DNA from: Acidobacteriota bacterium
GTDB lineage: Bacteria; Acidobacteriota; UBA6911
Length of the DNA: 64,000 nt
Direction of reading: 5' to 3'
Assembly: GCA_963664705.1 (NCBI GenBank)
Contig: OY761556.1
Coordinates: 928,001-992,000, forward strand
The translations under genes and the position numbers were made by a program. The notes beneath the pieces are model-generated. The model saw only the letters and a list, made by a program, of their open reading frames with translations. It did not search any database and was not told where the DNA came from. Positions within the stretch are counted from its first letter, which is position 1. Each line of letters opens with the position of its first letter. This document shows, piece by piece, positions 30,053-41,062 of the stretch.

Positions 30053-31369
30053 ATGGGCCCCACGCTTTCAGCAAATCAAAACAAAAACCCATACGAACCT
30101 GCATCCAATGGGGGAGCCCAATCAAAATTCAAGGTAGCCTTGCGGGCGCTGCGCTCCCGCAATTATCGGCTCTTTTTTATCGGCCAATTGATCTCCCTGA
30201 TCGGGACCTGGATGCAGATGGTGGCACAGCCCTGGCTGGTGTATCGTCTGACCGGATCATCCCTGTTGCTCGGCACCGTCGGCTTCGCCTCGCAAATTCC
30301 CGTCTTTCTTCTGGCGACTATTGGCGGGGCCGTGGCGGATCGATTTGACAGGCATAAAGTCGTGATTGCCACCCAGGCCGCCTCGATGATCCTGGCATTC
30401 ATCCTGGCATTTCTGACCCTGACCCATACTATCCAGGTCTGGCACATTATCGTCCTCTCCTCCTTGCTGGGGATTGTAAACGCCTTTGATATGCCGGGAC
30501 GTCAGGCATTCATCGTTCTGCTGGTGGAGAAGGAAGATCTGATGAATGCCATCGCCCTGAATTCCTCGATATTCAATGGCGCGCGGGTTCTGGGACCGGC
30601 CGTAGCCGGACTCCTGATTGCCGGTATCGGAGAAGGGTGGTGTTTTTTCGCCAACGCAGTCAGCTACATTGCGGTCATCATAGGATTGTTGATGATGAAA
30701 CTGAAGCCCATGCCTCCGGTGGAGCGAAAGGATGCGGGGATGCGCAGTTTGCTCGAAGGGTTTTCCTTTGTGCGTAAAATGCGTTCGATCCGGGCGGTGC
30801 TCCTGTTGCTGGGGCTGATCAGCATCGTCGGGATGCCCTACTCGGTCCTGATGCCGATTTTTGCGGATAAGATTCTTCATGGCGGGGCGAGGGGGCTGGG
30901 CATTCTGATGGGGGCAACCGGGATTGGTGCGCTGGTTGGCGCCATGTCGCTGGCTGTCCGGTCAGGGACAAAAGGTTTGGGGAAAGTAGTGGGCTATGCC
31001 AGCGCCGGATTCGGAGCGGCGCTTATTCTGTTTTCCGCCTCCCGGTCCTTCTGGCTGTCCGCCGCGTTCCTGGCACCCGTCGGCTACTCATTCATGGTGC
31101 AGATGGCTGCCAGCAGCACTCTGATTCAGACTATGGTGCCCGATCATCTGCGGGGCAGGGTCATGGCGGTTCATGTGATGATGTTTATGGGAATGGCGCC
31201 GTTCGGATCCTTCCTGGCGGGGGCGATCGCCACGAAGGTAGGGGCTCCGTTGACTATTGCGATAGGCGGCGGCATCTGCCTGGCCGGCGCTGTCCTCTTT
31301 CTCTCGCGCCTTCCGAGGCTCCAGCTCGTTTCCTCCGCTCCAATCCAGCCTGCCGTGGATGAGCCATAA
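30053..31369 (+). CDS. MFS transporter (MFS_3/EntS-like)
   Basis: NYRLFFIGQ.ISLIGTWMQ, GAVADRFDR, FDMPGRQAF. Confidence 0.9.
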   Translation: MGPTLSANQNKNPYEPASNGGAQSKFKVALRALRSRNYRLFFIGQLISLIGTWMQMVAQPWLVYRLTGSSLLLGTVGFASQIPVFLLATIGGAVADRFDRHKVVIATQAASMILAFILAFLTLTHTIQVWHIIVLSSLLGIVNAFDMPGRQAFIVLLVEKEDLMNAIALNSSIFNGARVLGPAVAGLLIAGIGEGWCFFANAVSYIAVIIGLLMMKLKPMPPVERKDAGMRSLLEGFSFVRKMRSIRAVLLLLGLISIVGMPYSVLMPIFADKILHGGARGLGILMGATGIGALVGAMSLAVRSGTKGLGKVVGYASAGFGAALILFSASRSFWLSAAFLAPVGYSFMVQMAASSTLIQTMVPDHLRGRVMAVHVMMFMGMAPFGSFLAGAIATKVGAPLTIAIGGGICLAGAVLFLSRLPRLQLVSSAPIQPAVDEP

Positions 31370-31378
31370 AAAACAAAA

Positions 31379-31417
31379 CGCCACGGATTTCACAAATAGT
31401 TCGTGAAATCCGTGGCG
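31379..31417. terminator. Palindromic element or bidirectional terminator
   Basis: CGCCACGGATTTCAC/GTGAAATCCGTGGCG between convergent genes. Confidence 0.65.
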
Positions 31418-31442
31418 TGCTATACCACATTTCAGGAAAGAA

Positions 31443-33209
31443 CTAGAAAACGCCAGTTACCTTTCCAGTCTCGACATTGACGTCCACTCTTCTGTATGCA
31501 GGATCCGATGCAGTTCCCGGCATCAAAGTGATGTCGCCGGCAACCGGGACCACGAAGCCCGCGCCTTTGTAAGTCATGATGTCGCGGATCGGAAGCGTCC
31601 AGCCCTTCGGTGCACCCTTCAGATTCGGGTTATGCGACAGGCTGAGGTGTGTCTTAACCATGCAGGTTCCAAGCTTCTGGAGCTCAGGATCGCTTTCCAT
31701 CTTCTTGAGCTTGGTCTGGGCGTCGGGCGTGTAGGAAACACCGTCGGCTCCGTAAATTTCCTTTGCGATGGTTTCAATTCTCTTTCCGAGCGGCATGTCA
31801 AGTTCATAGAGATACTTGAAGTCGTTCGGTTCGTTGCAGGCGTCGATAACGGCATCGGAGAGCTCCAATGCGCCGTCGCCGCCCTTCAGCCAGTGCTCGG
31901 AAACCGCACAACGTGCGCCGATGGCTTCGACGTTTCTCTTGATGCAATCGATCTCGGCCTTGGTATCGGTATAGAACGAGTTGATGCAGACGACCGGATT
32001 GATGCCGGCCTTCTTCACGTTCTCAATGTGTTTGAGCAGGTTGGACAAGCCCTTTTCCACCAGCTCAACGTTTTCCTGTGAGTAAACAGGATCCAGCTTC
32101 TTGCCCGGAGGAACTGGAGGGCCGCCGCCATGGCTCTTGAGAGCGCGAACAGTGGCAACCACAACAGCGCAATTCGGCTTCAGGCCGGAGAATCTGCACT
32201 TGAGGTTCCAGAACTTTTCAAAGCCGATGTCGGCGCCGAATCCGCTTTCGGTGAGGTGGTAATCGGCAAGCTTGAGAGCCAGCTTGTCCGCCACGATGGA
32301 GGATTGACCGATGGCGATATTGGCAAACGGTCCTGCATGGACGAAGATCGGCTGTCCTTCAATCGTCTGCAGAAGGTTCGGGTTGATGGTATTGACCATC
32401 CAGGCACACATCGCGCCGTCTACTTCCAGATCGGCTGTGGTGACGGGATCGCCCTTCTTGTTGTACGCAACCACCATTTTGCCGATTCTTTCACGCATAT
32501 CTTTGAGGCTGGTGGCGACGGCGAGGATCGCCATCAATTCGGAGCTGACGGCAATGGCGAAACCGGATTGCATCATGAAGCCATCCATTTTGCCGCCCAT
32601 TCCGATGGTGATGTTGCGCAGAGCCTGGGCGCAGAAGTCGATGACCCACTTCATTTGAACATTGCGATGATCGACGTCCAGCCGCTTCAGGTTTTTGGAT
32701 GCCAGGAAAGCATCGTCATTGATGTATTCGTGCTGCATTCTGGAGGTGAGAGCAATCATTCCCAGATTGTGCGCATTGATGATGTCGTTGATGTCGCCCG
32801 TTAATCCGAGGGAGAACGGTGTGAGCGGAACGCACTGAGCCAGACCGCCGCCTGCAGCGCTCCCTTTAATGTTCATGGTTGGTCCGCCCGAGGGCTGCCT
32901 GATCGCGCCGGTTACTCTCTTCCCGCGTTTCCCCAGACCCTGAACCAAACCCATGGTGGAGGTGCTTTTCCCTTCTCCCAGTGGAGTAGGGGTAATCGCC
33001 GTAACGTCAATGTACTTGCCGTCCGGGTTGTTCTTTACTCTATCCATTATGGCGCGATAGTCGACTTTGCCATAATAATGCCCATAAGGAATCAATTCTT
33101 CGTTTTTGATTCCGAGTCCATCCGCAAGCTGCTGGACCGTTCTCATGTCTTTTTCGGCTTCGAACGCTATCTGCCAGTCAGCCATTTTAGTTGGATCAAG
33201 CTTTCCCAT
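31443..33209 (-). CDS. fhs: Formate--tetrahydrofolate ligase
   Basis: [43 protein letters not shown]; ATG 33209 after GGAGG. Confidence 0.97.
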   Translation of the reverse strand: MGKLDPTKMADWQIAFEAEKDMRTVQQLADGLGIKNEELIPYGHYYGKVDYRAIMDRVKNNPDGKYIDVTAITPTPLGEGKSTSTMGLVQGLGKRGKRVTGAIRQPSGGPTMNIKGSAAGGGLAQCVPLTPFSLGLTGDINDIINAHNLGMIALTSRMQHEYINDDAFLASKNLKRLDVDHRNVQMKWVIDFCAQALRNITIGMGGKMDGFMMQSGFAIAVSSELMAILAVATSLKDMRERIGKMVVAYNKKGDPVTTADLEVDGAMCAWMVNTINPNLLQTIEGQPIFVHAGPFANIAIGQSSIVADKLALKLADYHLTESGFGADIGFEKFWNLKCRFSGLKPNCAVVVATVRALKSHGGGPPVPPGKKLDPVYSQENVELVEKGLSNLLKHIENVKKAGINPVVCINSFYTDTKAEIDCIKRNVEAIGARCAVSEHWLKGGDGALELSDAVIDACNEPNDFKYLYELDMPLGKRIETIAKEIYGADGVSYTPDAQTKLKKMESDPELQKLGTCMVKTHLSLSHNPNLKGAPKGWTLPIRDIMTYKGAGFVVPVAGDITLMPGTASDPAYRRVDVNVETGKVTGVF

Positions 33210-33711
33210 GTGCCATCCTCCGTTTGTTCTTTTACTCTTCTTTTTTACGGTTTTTATAATAAGACCGAATAAACTGCCATGGCCTTTCCCATCTGCACCA
33301 AGCCCCATGCCAGCCGGGACATTATAAAGGAAAATCGCGGAAAGTCCATTTATCGATTAATTTCTATAAACTATCCCGTCCCATCCATAAGGAACCCTTA
33401 GCGACGACTTTCGACGGACAAAAAAACAGCCTTTCCGGGCAAAATGAAAGAGCCGGCCATTCAGCCATTTATGAGTAGATCACGGGACCGATTGGGTATA
33501 GCATAAATGTAAGAATAAAGGAGCAGAGTATGGAGTGCTGCTTCTCAAATCATCGGCATCGCATCCCAAAAGCCGAACACCCCGGTTCCCGTACGACAGT
33601 GTTGGAATGTAACTGAAAGCCTGTTTTATCCAGGGTTTCGAGGGCGGGTGTGTCGGAGCAGCGTACGGGGCTAGCCGACGTCCCCGCCATCAAACCGGAA
33701 AGGAATGCAAT

Positions 33712-34188
33712 ATGTCAATTCCGGCCCATATCAGCAACTATCTGGATTCCCAACATATTCCCTATCAATCTTTTACTCATTCCAGAGCCTATACCGCCCA
33801 GGGGATTGCCCAGGCGCAGCATCTGAGTGGGAAAAGGCTCGCCAAGGTGGTGATGGTCGTGGTGGGGGAAAAGAAGGTCGTGATGGCGGTCGTTCCCGCC
33901 AGCCATCGTGTGGATTTGGATCATTTCGCGGACATCCTGAAAGCAAAATTGATCCGCCTTGCGACCGAGGAGGAATTCCAGGATATCTTCCCCGAATGTG
34001 AACTGGGTGCCATGCCACCCCTGGGCAACCTCTATCACCTGGATGTCTGGGTTGACGCGAAATTGCGGTTATACCCGACTATTTCGTTCAATGCGGGTAC
34101 GCACGCCGAAATCATACAGATGTTCTTTGCGGATTTCGAGCGGCTGGTGCACCCGAGGGTTGCGTCTTTTGGGGCGCTCCTGCACTGA
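33712..34188 (+). CDS. YbaK/EbsC family protein
   Basis: AKVV, LATEEE...FPECELGAMPPLG, FNAGTH. Confidence 0.88.
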   Translation: MSIPAHISNYLDSQHIPYQSFTHSRAYTAQGIAQAQHLSGKRLAKVVMVVVGEKKVVMAVVPASHRVDLDHFADILKAKLIRLATEEEFQDIFPECELGAMPPLGNLYHLDVWVDAKLRLYPTISFNAGTHAEIIQMFFADFERLVHPRVASFGALLH

Positions 34189-34288
34189 TCGGTCTCTCGG
34201 CCTGGCCCGGGATGGAAGGATGGTATTCGAAGATCTATGGAGGTTTTGAGGATCGCTGCAGGAGGTTTATTTTTCTGAGGGAGGTTCA

Positions 34289-34783
34289 ATGACCAAGATG
34301 CTACAGTCCCGTGAGGCGCCGCGCAGTGAGAAGCGTGGCGCAGTGGGTGGATCACATCAGTCTGAAAAATATGCATCCAACACCCGTTGTCCGAAGTGCA
34401 ATCTTCGATACCAGGATGGTATGTGGAAACGGGTCATTGCGGAGAACGGAGCGGATGTGCCATCAAAGCTGTGTCCCGCATGCATGCAGATACGGGATGG
34501 CCAAATAGGAGGTATTGTCGAGTTTACAGGCGCTTTTGCCGGGGTTCACCGCCAGGAATTATTGAATCGGATCAGGAATGTAGAGAAACTGACCCGGGAG
34601 GAACGGCCCCTGGAACGCATTGTTCAGGTGAAGGAGGAAAAGGGGGGAATCGTTGTCTCTGCTACAACAGAACACCTGGTTGCCAGAATAGGGAAATCGG
34701 TTCAACGAGACTTCGGCGGCGAACTGCATCTTCGGTATACCCCCGAGGATAAGTTTGCCTACGTGCATTGGCACAGAGATTAA
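34289..34783 (+). CDS. BCAM0308-family (Zn-binding, NMD3-like) protein
   Basis: CPKC...Y..G.W, CPAC..I.D, PLERI, TTEHL..RIG. Confidence 0.8.
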   Translation: MTKMLQSREAPRSEKRGAVGGSHQSEKYASNTRCPKCNLRYQDGMWKRVIAENGADVPSKLCPACMQIRDGQIGGIVEFTGAFAGVHRQELLNRIRNVEKLTREERPLERIVQVKEEKGGIVVSATTEHLVARIGKSVQRDFGGELHLRYTPEDKFAYVHWHRD

Positions 34784-34788
34784 CGGGC

Positions 34789-34825
34789 AGTGGGTAGTGG
34801 GCCGCGACAAGCCCATTACCCACTA
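34789..34825. terminator. Hairpin between convergent genes
   Basis: AGTGGGTAGTGGGC/GCCCATTACCCACT. Confidence 0.55.
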
Positions 34826-36217
34826 CTTGATTCCCGGCTCAGTCATATTTCGCAGGTCGAATGCCCTTTCGATTTGTGCTTCGCTCAACAATCCCCTTTC
34901 CAGCACAATCTGTCGAATGGTTTTGCCGGAGGCTAGGTATTCCTTGGCCACCTCTGCAGCCGCACTGTATCCAATGTGAGGATTCAGCACCGTGACAATG
35001 CTCATGCTGGCTTCCGCATAGGCTTGACAGCGAGACTCGTCCGCCCGGATACCCGCCAGGCAGAATCGCGTAAAGACATCGACCGCATTGGAAAGAATTT
35101 CGATTGCATGGAGAAGATTGAACGCCACCACCGGCATCATTACATTAAGCTCCAGTTGCCCGGCCTGAGCCGCCATCAAGACAGTCGTATCGCAGCCGAT
35201 GACCTGGAAGCAGACCATGTTGAGCATTTCCGCCATTACCGGATTGATCTTTCCCGGCATGATCGAGGATCCCGGTTGCAGCCCGGGCAGAGAGATTTCA
35301 GCGAAGCCCGTTTTGGGGCCCGAGCTGAGCAGTCGCAGGTCGTTGGCAATCCTGATAAGGTCCTGGGCCAGCGCTCGCAAGGCTCCTGACAGATGCACAA
35401 AAGGCCTCAGCGATTGCATGGCCTCAAAGTAATCGTCCGCCATCCGGAAATCGAAGCCCAGTTCTCTGCCGAGTTCCTGCACCATTTTGAAGCGGTATTC
35501 GGGATGCGCGTTGAGCCCTGTGCCAACCGCTGTTCCTCCAATCCCCAGCTCCTTGTTCATATCCTCGGCTGTTTCGATTGCTTCCAGATGCTTCCGGATG
35601 CAGGTTGCATACGCGCCGAATTCCTGGCCCAGCCGTATGGGAACAGCATCCTGCAGGTGGGTCCGTCCGGATTTCACAACGGAATCGAATTCTTCGGCTT
35701 TTTCCGCCAGGATTTGCCGCATGCTTTCCATCGAGTGCCGAAGCACCTGCGTCCGCATTACGGCCGCAATCCGTATCGCTGTCGGACAGACATCGTTGGT
35801 GGATTGAGACATGTTGACGTGGTCGTTCGGATGGATGATGGAATAGTCCCCTTTTTGTCCGCCAAGGAGCTCGATGGCGCGATTGGCAATCACTTCATTC
35901 GCATTCATGTTGTGCGAAGTGCCGGCTCCCGCTTGATAGACATCCACAACGAACCACTCCCGCAGATTACCATTCAGGATTTCATCGCACGCCGCAATGA
36001 TCGCCTGGGCCTTCGTGGAATCCAGGAGCCCGAGCGAGGTGTTGACCGCGGCGGCAGCTTTCTTGATATAAACGGTGGCATCGATATAGGACGGCCTGGG
36101 CTTCAGGCCGCTGATGGGAAAATTTTCCACAGCCCTGTCCGTCTGGATGCCATAATAGGCATTACTGTCGATTTGGCGCGCGCCAAGGGAATCTTTTTCC
36201 GTGCGTGTTCGCATCAC
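34823..36217 (-). CDS. aspA: Aspartate ammonia-lyase (class II fumarase/aspartase family)
   Basis: YYGIQT.RA.ENF, GAGTS.NMNANE, GSSIMPGKINP. Confidence 0.85.
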   Translation of the reverse strand: MMRTRTEKDSLGARQIDSNAYYGIQTDRAVENFPISGLKPRPSYIDATVYIKKAAAAVNTSLGLLDSTKAQAIIAACDEILNGNLREWFVVDVYQAGAGTSHNMNANEVIANRAIELLGGQKGDYSIIHPNDHVNMSQSTNDVCPTAIRIAAVMRTQVLRHSMESMRQILAEKAEEFDSVVKSGRTHLQDAVPIRLGQEFGAYATCIRKHLEAIETAEDMNKELGIGGTAVGTGLNAHPEYRFKMVQELGRELGFDFRMADDYFEAMQSLRPFVHLSGALRALAQDLIRIANDLRLLSSGPKTGFAEISLPGLQPGSSIMPGKINPVMAEMLNMVCFQVIGCDTTVLMAAQAGQLELNVMMPVVAFNLLHAIEILSNAVDVFTRFCLAGIRADESRCQAYAEASMSIVTVLNPHIGYSAAAEVAKEYLASGKTIRQIVLERGLLSEAQIERAFDLRNMTEPGIK

Positions 36218-36293
36218 CGCCTCCTGAATTAAATTTGGATAGAGCCGCGCATCAATTCAAGAGGCATTCTCTGAGCGGGGGGAGGGAAGCGCT

Positions 36294-36551
36294 GTGACCG
36301 AGCCGGTGGAGCTGCCGATCGAGGATTCGATCGACCTGCATACGTTTCAGCCAAGAGAGATTCCGGATCTCATGGAAGAGTATCTGTTCCAGGCTGAACA
36401 AAAGGGTTTTAAGGAAGTCCGCATCATTCATGGCAGGGGCGTGGGAGTGCAGCGCAGCATCGTGCACTCCATTCTGAAGAAGCATCCGCGTGTCCTGGCT
36501 TTTCGAGATGCCCCGGACAAAGGCTCGACCACCGTCGTGTTGAGCCGCTGA
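36294..36551 (+). CDS. Small Smr-domain protein
   Basis: IDLHTF, RIIHGRG.G, GSTTV. Confidence 0.88.
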   Translation: MTEPVELPIEDSIDLHTFQPREIPDLMEEYLFQAEQKGFKEVRIIHGRGVGVQRSIVHSILKKHPRVLAFRDAPDKGSTTVVLSR

Positions 36552-36581
36552 AAATAGGGAGCCGGCGGAATACGACGGGGC

Positions 36582-38654
36582 CTATTTCCCGTTCTCTGCA
36601 TTTTTCCCTGCGTTCTCCGCCGCGATGGCTTCAAAGAGCCTTCGGATTGAACCGGTGATAGCGGGGAGCATTTCAGCCTGAGGCTTGTCTGCGCGTGATA
36701 AAAGGTCTTTTGTTTCCTTGCGCCAGGCTTCGGACGGCTTTTGCCCATTTTGGATGAAATCCATGGCCTGCAGGCCTCTCTCACAGAGTTCGGCAATGGT
36801 ATCCGCCATGGGCCGGATTTCCTCAAGCAGGTATGACCGCCCGATCATGGTCTGAACCGCGGCATTGTTATCCTTCCAGTCCGCCAGCGAGGCTCGAACC
36901 CGGGCTGCGGCCGTTCCCGCTGGATCAGCGAGGAGATTCTGCACCTGCAGATCCAGTTGCCGGGCCGTTTCGCTTTCGGGGAAAACCAGGTCGACCATCC
37001 GGTTCATGGGGCTGAAGCTGGTGTATTTTCTTGTTCTCTGCCGCACGCCCAGACCGGTTGGAAGCAGCAGTTCCGTGAGTTTCCGGAGTGGCGCGATATC
37101 CTGATATCCTGCCAGGCGCTGCAGCATTTCGATCTGGTGGTCGGCGTGCCGGAGTCCCAGAAAACGGAGTTCCTGATTGAAGCGATCGAGTCGTCGATAC
37201 AGATCGGCGGCATCGGTGGGCACGGAAACGGACCATAGCCGCTCCGCAATCGCGCCCGCGCGCGGCCAGATGCGGGATTCTATATTGTCGGGATTGGCAA
37301 ACTCCGCCCACATGCAGGCTTCTCCGCCCAAAATCCGGCCGCGCTCCTCCGCGCTGAGTGAATCGGCGTCTTTGCCGAGCGGGTCCATTTCATAGTGGAA
37401 AGACGCGGGTCTCATGTGGTCCAGGTAATAGCTGTAGGAAAGAATGGCGGAGAATCCCCTGCGAACGGTGTCGCCGATAGTAGGCTGCTTGCGCCACACC
37501 TGCACCAGCACATTGGAGGGAAGATCGGGGTGCAGGATTTCATCCCAGCCCATCATTTTCTTGCCGTGCTTTGTCACTATCTTGAGCAGACGCTGGTTGA
37601 AATAAGCCTGCAGTTCGCGATTGTCTTTCAGCTGGTGCCGAGTCCTGAATGCACGGATCGTCGGGCTGGCGCTCCATTGTTTCTCGTTGACCTCGTCGCC
37701 GCCGATATGAAAGTACTCATCGGGGAAGAGCGCCGCCATTTCCCCGATAAGGGCATCGAGAAAGGAGTAGGTGCTTTCCAGTGCGGGGTTCAGGCACGGC
37801 TCAAAGACGCCCCAGGAGCGTTCGATCTGATAGGGGCCCGGCGCGCTTGCCAGTTCCGGATAGGCGACCAGCCACGATGTCGAGTGTCCGGGCATGTCGA
37901 ATTCCGGAATGACGCGAATGCCGCGGTCGCGCGCATAGGCCACGAGCCCTTTGACCTCTGCCTGTGTGTAGTAATGACCATCCGAGCCCATTTCATGGAG
38001 CTTGGGGAACTTAAGCGATTCCACGCGAAAGCCCTGATCATCGGACAGATGCCAATGCAGCACGTTCATCTTTGCCGCGGCCATGGCATCCAGGTTCCGA
38101 CGGATAACATCGAGCGGTTCCCAATGGCGTGAGGCATCGATGAGCAGGCCCCTCCAGCGCAGGCGTGGCCGGTCTTCAATGCTGGCCGCCGGGATAAAGA
38201 AAGACTGGCCATCCAGCTCAATGAGCTGGAGGAATGTTTCCATTCCTCGAAGGATCCCGATGGGTGAAGCTGCCGTGAGCCGGGCTGCCCGGTCGGTAAC
38301 TTCCAGTTGGTAGGATTCATCCGCCGTGAGGGACGGCAGCGCTTCGCCGGCTCCGCTGCACTGAATCTGAAGTGTTGCCGGATTGGAGTCCGTGTCCCCC
38401 TGTGGATGCAGCGGGATCCCGGTTCTATGCTGCAACCGATCGAGCAGACGGTCCGCGGCCCTTTTCAGAAGCGGATCGGAATATCCCGCAATTTTCACAT
38501 TGAAGCTGCCGTCGATAACCAGCCTGCCCGCGTTGAGAACCATATGTTCGGGCAGCGGGACCACATGAATATTGGTTTGTTGAGCCATAAGCAGTTGAGT
38601 TGAGAAGATCGCTGCAACCATGACAAGAACAACATAGGCTTTTTGTTGAATCAC
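36582..38654 (-). CDS. Beta-N-acetylhexosaminidase (GH20), exported
   Basis: RGLLIDASRH, HWHLSDDQGF, PEFDMPGH, HIGGDE, GGEACMW. Confidence 0.95.
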   Translation of the reverse strand: MIQQKAYVVLVMVAAIFSTQLLMAQQTNIHVVPLPEHMVLNAGRLVIDGSFNVKIAGYSDPLLKRAADRLLDRLQHRTGIPLHPQGDTDSNPATLQIQCSGAGEALPSLTADESYQLEVTDRAARLTAASPIGILRGMETFLQLIELDGQSFFIPAASIEDRPRLRWRGLLIDASRHWEPLDVIRRNLDAMAAAKMNVLHWHLSDDQGFRVESLKFPKLHEMGSDGHYYTQAEVKGLVAYARDRGIRVIPEFDMPGHSTSWLVAYPELASAPGPYQIERSWGVFEPCLNPALESTYSFLDALIGEMAALFPDEYFHIGGDEVNEKQWSASPTIRAFRTRHQLKDNRELQAYFNQRLLKIVTKHGKKMMGWDEILHPDLPSNVLVQVWRKQPTIGDTVRRGFSAILSYSYYLDHMRPASFHYEMDPLGKDADSLSAEERGRILGGEACMWAEFANPDNIESRIWPRAGAIAERLWSVSVPTDAADLYRRLDRFNQELRFLGLRHADHQIEMLQRLAGYQDIAPLRKLTELLLPTGLGVRQRTRKYTSFSPMNRMVDLVFPESETARQLDLQVQNLLADPAGTAAARVRASLADWKDNNAAVQTMIGRSYLLEEIRPMADTIAELCERGLQAMDFIQNGQKPSEAWRKETKDLLSRADKPQAEMLPAITGSIRRLFEAIAAENAGKNAENGK

Positions 38655-38811
38655 GGGAATTCCTTTCCAAGGCTTGCCGGAGCCATGATAGCGAATTAGG
38701 GAAGGGAATCGTTATCGGAATTTCGCAAGCCCGGCACCCGCCCCAATTTGTTGACACGTGCTCCTCTTGTCGGGTACTTTGACTTGCATGGACGAACAAA
38801 AGGAGAAAGCT

Positions 38812-39402
38812 GTGGACAAAGACATTTCCATTGTTGGCGAACCGACGATTAACCCCGCAACCTGCAAATTCACCGTAGACCGATCGGTATATCCCGGTGG
38901 GTCTGCTTATTTTGGAAACCGCGATGCCGCGAAGTTCTCTCCGCTGGCACAGAAGGTATTCGAAATCCAGGAAGTCGAGAACATACTCATCGCGGATACG
39001 CAGGTTACCGTGACCAAGTCCGGCTTTGAGCCCTGGCCTGTCATCGGGAAACTCATCGGAGCCAAGATTCGCGAACACATCCGGTCGAATCAGCCGGCGG
39101 TAACGACGGAGTTCGAGTCCGCCATGCCATCCGAATCGGAGATTCGTACAAAGGTGCAGGGCCTGTTGGAACGGGAAATCAATCCCGCTCTCGGCATGCA
39201 CGGCGGCTGGGTGGAACTCATCGATGTGAAGAAAAATGCGGTGTATCTGCGGCTCGGAGGCGGATGCCAGGGCTGCGGATCCGCAAACGTAACGCTGAAG
39301 ATGGGAATTGAAAAGGCCATCCGCGAACAGATACCTGAAGTCGGGGAAGTGCTGGATACCACCGATCACGCAGCGGGACGGAATCCGTACTATCAACAGT
39401 AG
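38812..39402 (+). CDS. Nfu/NifU-type Fe-S carrier
   Basis: Nfu_N (PTINP..CKF) + INPAL..HGG..GGCQGC; GTG after AGGAG. Confidence 0.9.
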   Translation: MDKDISIVGEPTINPATCKFTVDRSVYPGGSAYFGNRDAAKFSPLAQKVFEIQEVENILIADTQVTVTKSGFEPWPVIGKLIGAKIREHIRSNQPAVTTEFESAMPSESEIRTKVQGLLEREINPALGMHGGWVELIDVKKNAVYLRLGGGCQGCGSANVTLKMGIEKAIREQIPEVGEVLDTTDHAAGRNPYYQQ

Positions 39403-39632
39403 CGGCGCGTGTGTGCGGGCGCGAGTGGATTGGCGAAATTCGGATCCGTTGTCGGCCGCATGCGGCTTTTTGAGGCTGGATTCGGGGTTTTAGCTAAAAA
39501 AATCTGCGCGCATAGCGATAAATAGCGGGTTTTTTGAAAATAGTGATTGTTTTTTTTTAGAATATCCGCAAAATGTCCATAGCTTGTTTGCTTTGTTCCA
39601 GTAGGGTCAAATAAATTCATGGGAGGAGTTGA

Positions 39633-39932
39633 ATGGCTGGAAAAGTGATGACGAAGGCTCAATTGGTTACCTTGATTGCAGATAAGGCAGAAGTTACCAA
39701 AGCTGCGGCGAATGGGATTCTCGAGATTATTGCCAACACCGCAGTGACCGAGACAAAAAAGAACGGCCAGTTCATTATTCCGGGGATTGGCAAGCTCGTA
39801 AAATCACAGCGCAAGGCAAGAATGGGACGCAATCCCCAGACCGGCGCCGCGATCAAGATTCCTGCGAAGACCGTTGTAAAATTCAGAGTAGCCAAGGCCT
39901 GCAAAGACGCCGTGGTTCCTGGAAAGAAGTAG
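39633..39932 (+). CDS. hup: HU DNA-binding protein
   Basis: MTKAQL, RKARMGRNPQTG..IKIPAK. Confidence 0.95.
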   Translation: MAGKVMTKAQLVTLIADKAEVTKAAANGILEIIANTAVTETKKNGQFIIPGIGKLVKSQRKARMGRNPQTGAAIKIPAKTVVKFRVAKACKDAVVPGKK

Positions 39933-40027
39933 TTTTCGCTTTATGGACGGTGATGGGATCAGGCCCTCAGAGGCTGCGGATGGAGCGTCCGCTGCTTAAA
40001 CCACAGCCTCTCAGGGACCTGATTCTG

Positions 40028-41062
40028 TTATAGCCGGACGGTATCCTTCCCCTTCTGATTTCCCCTTGAAATCCGGCTGCCCAGCAGATTCAGGCAGAGC
40101 AGCGTTACAAACACCATACCCAGCGGCAGCAGGTTCCACCAGAAATCCGTCAGCACGCGTGCGTCCTTCAGATTCTTCAGCATGGATCCCCAGGATTCTC
40201 CCGCATCATGAAACCCGATGTTTAGGAAAGAGAGGACAACCTCACCCAACAGGAATATGGGAGCGGCCACGACAAGCTGCGAGAGGATAAAGGGGAGAAG
40301 ACCGGGAAACATGTGCCGGCGGAAAATGTGCCATGGAGAAGCGCCAAGCGAATGGGCCGCTTCCACGAAGACGGAATTTCTGAGCTGCAGGATGAGACCG
40401 CGAATGCCGCGCGCCATGGGTGGCCATGCCACGGCGGCAATTGTCCCGACTATCAGAAGCAGGTTTTGCATGAAGGGCATTTTGGCGGGCAGAAAGGCGC
40501 GCAGGGAAAGCACGATGTAGAGGGCCGGCAGCGCCAGCACAAATTCCGAGAAGCGCATCAGGAGTGAATCGATCCAACCGCCGAAAAGCCCGGCCAGTGC
40601 TCCGATGGAAATGCCCAGCGCGGAGTAGAGCAGCAGCCCGAGCAGCATGACGAGAAGCGAAGTCCTGGTTCCCGCCAATACCCGTGCCAGAACGTCGCGC
40701 CCGAAATCATCGGTGCCGGCCGGATAGTAATAGGGCGGCTGGCTTCTTCCCAGGAGATGGCAATTCATGGGAATCAAACCCAGGAGCCGGTAGGAGTATC
40801 CGGAGTAGAAGAACTGCAGAGGATAGGTCTGCTCCGTGTTTTCCTTGTAGCGCGTATCGAGCGGATCCTTCAATTCCATCCGATAGACAAACGGTACCGT
40901 CAGTGCGGTTTGATTGAAGAAGTGCATCCGGTTGGGAGGCTGGAAAAACTGTTCCAGGTTTTGCATCCCCGGCGGATTGGAGGAGAGGAAGTCGGAAAAG
41001 ATGGAAACCAGCACCAGCAGAAGCACGAATCCCGCGGAGAGCCTGAAAGTCAGCGATTTCAT
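40028..41062 (-). CDS. Peptide ABC transporter permease (DppC/OppC)
   Basis: GTDDFGRD, FVEAA.SLGA EAA loop; ATGA overlap with upstream gene. Confidence 0.9.
   Translation of the reverse strand: MKSLTFRLSAGFVLLLVLVSIFSDFLSSNPPGMQNLEQFFQPPNRMHFFNQTALTVPFVYRMELKDPLDTRYKENTEQTYPLQFFYSGYSYRLLGLIPMNCHLLGRSQPPYYYPAGTDDFGRDVLARVLAGTRTSLLVMLLGLLLYSALGISIGALAGLFGGWIDSLLMRFSEFVLALPALYIVLSLRAFLPAKMPFMQNLLLIVGTIAAVAWPPMARGIRGLILQLRNSVFVEAAHSLGASPWHIFRRHMFPGLLPFILSQLVVAAPIFLLGEVVLSFLNIGFHDAGESWGSMLKNLKDARVLTDFWWNLLPLGMVFVTLLCLNLLGSRISRGNQKGKDTVRL

Noticed and set aside
33210-33580. ZTP or THF riboswitch upstream of fhs
   Set aside because: No consensus elements recognised on the minus strand.
7641-34825. 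Short palindromes at 7641, 31379 and 34789 as CRISPR repeats
   Set aside because: Isolated, non-identical, no spacers or cas genes; all lie between convergent genes.
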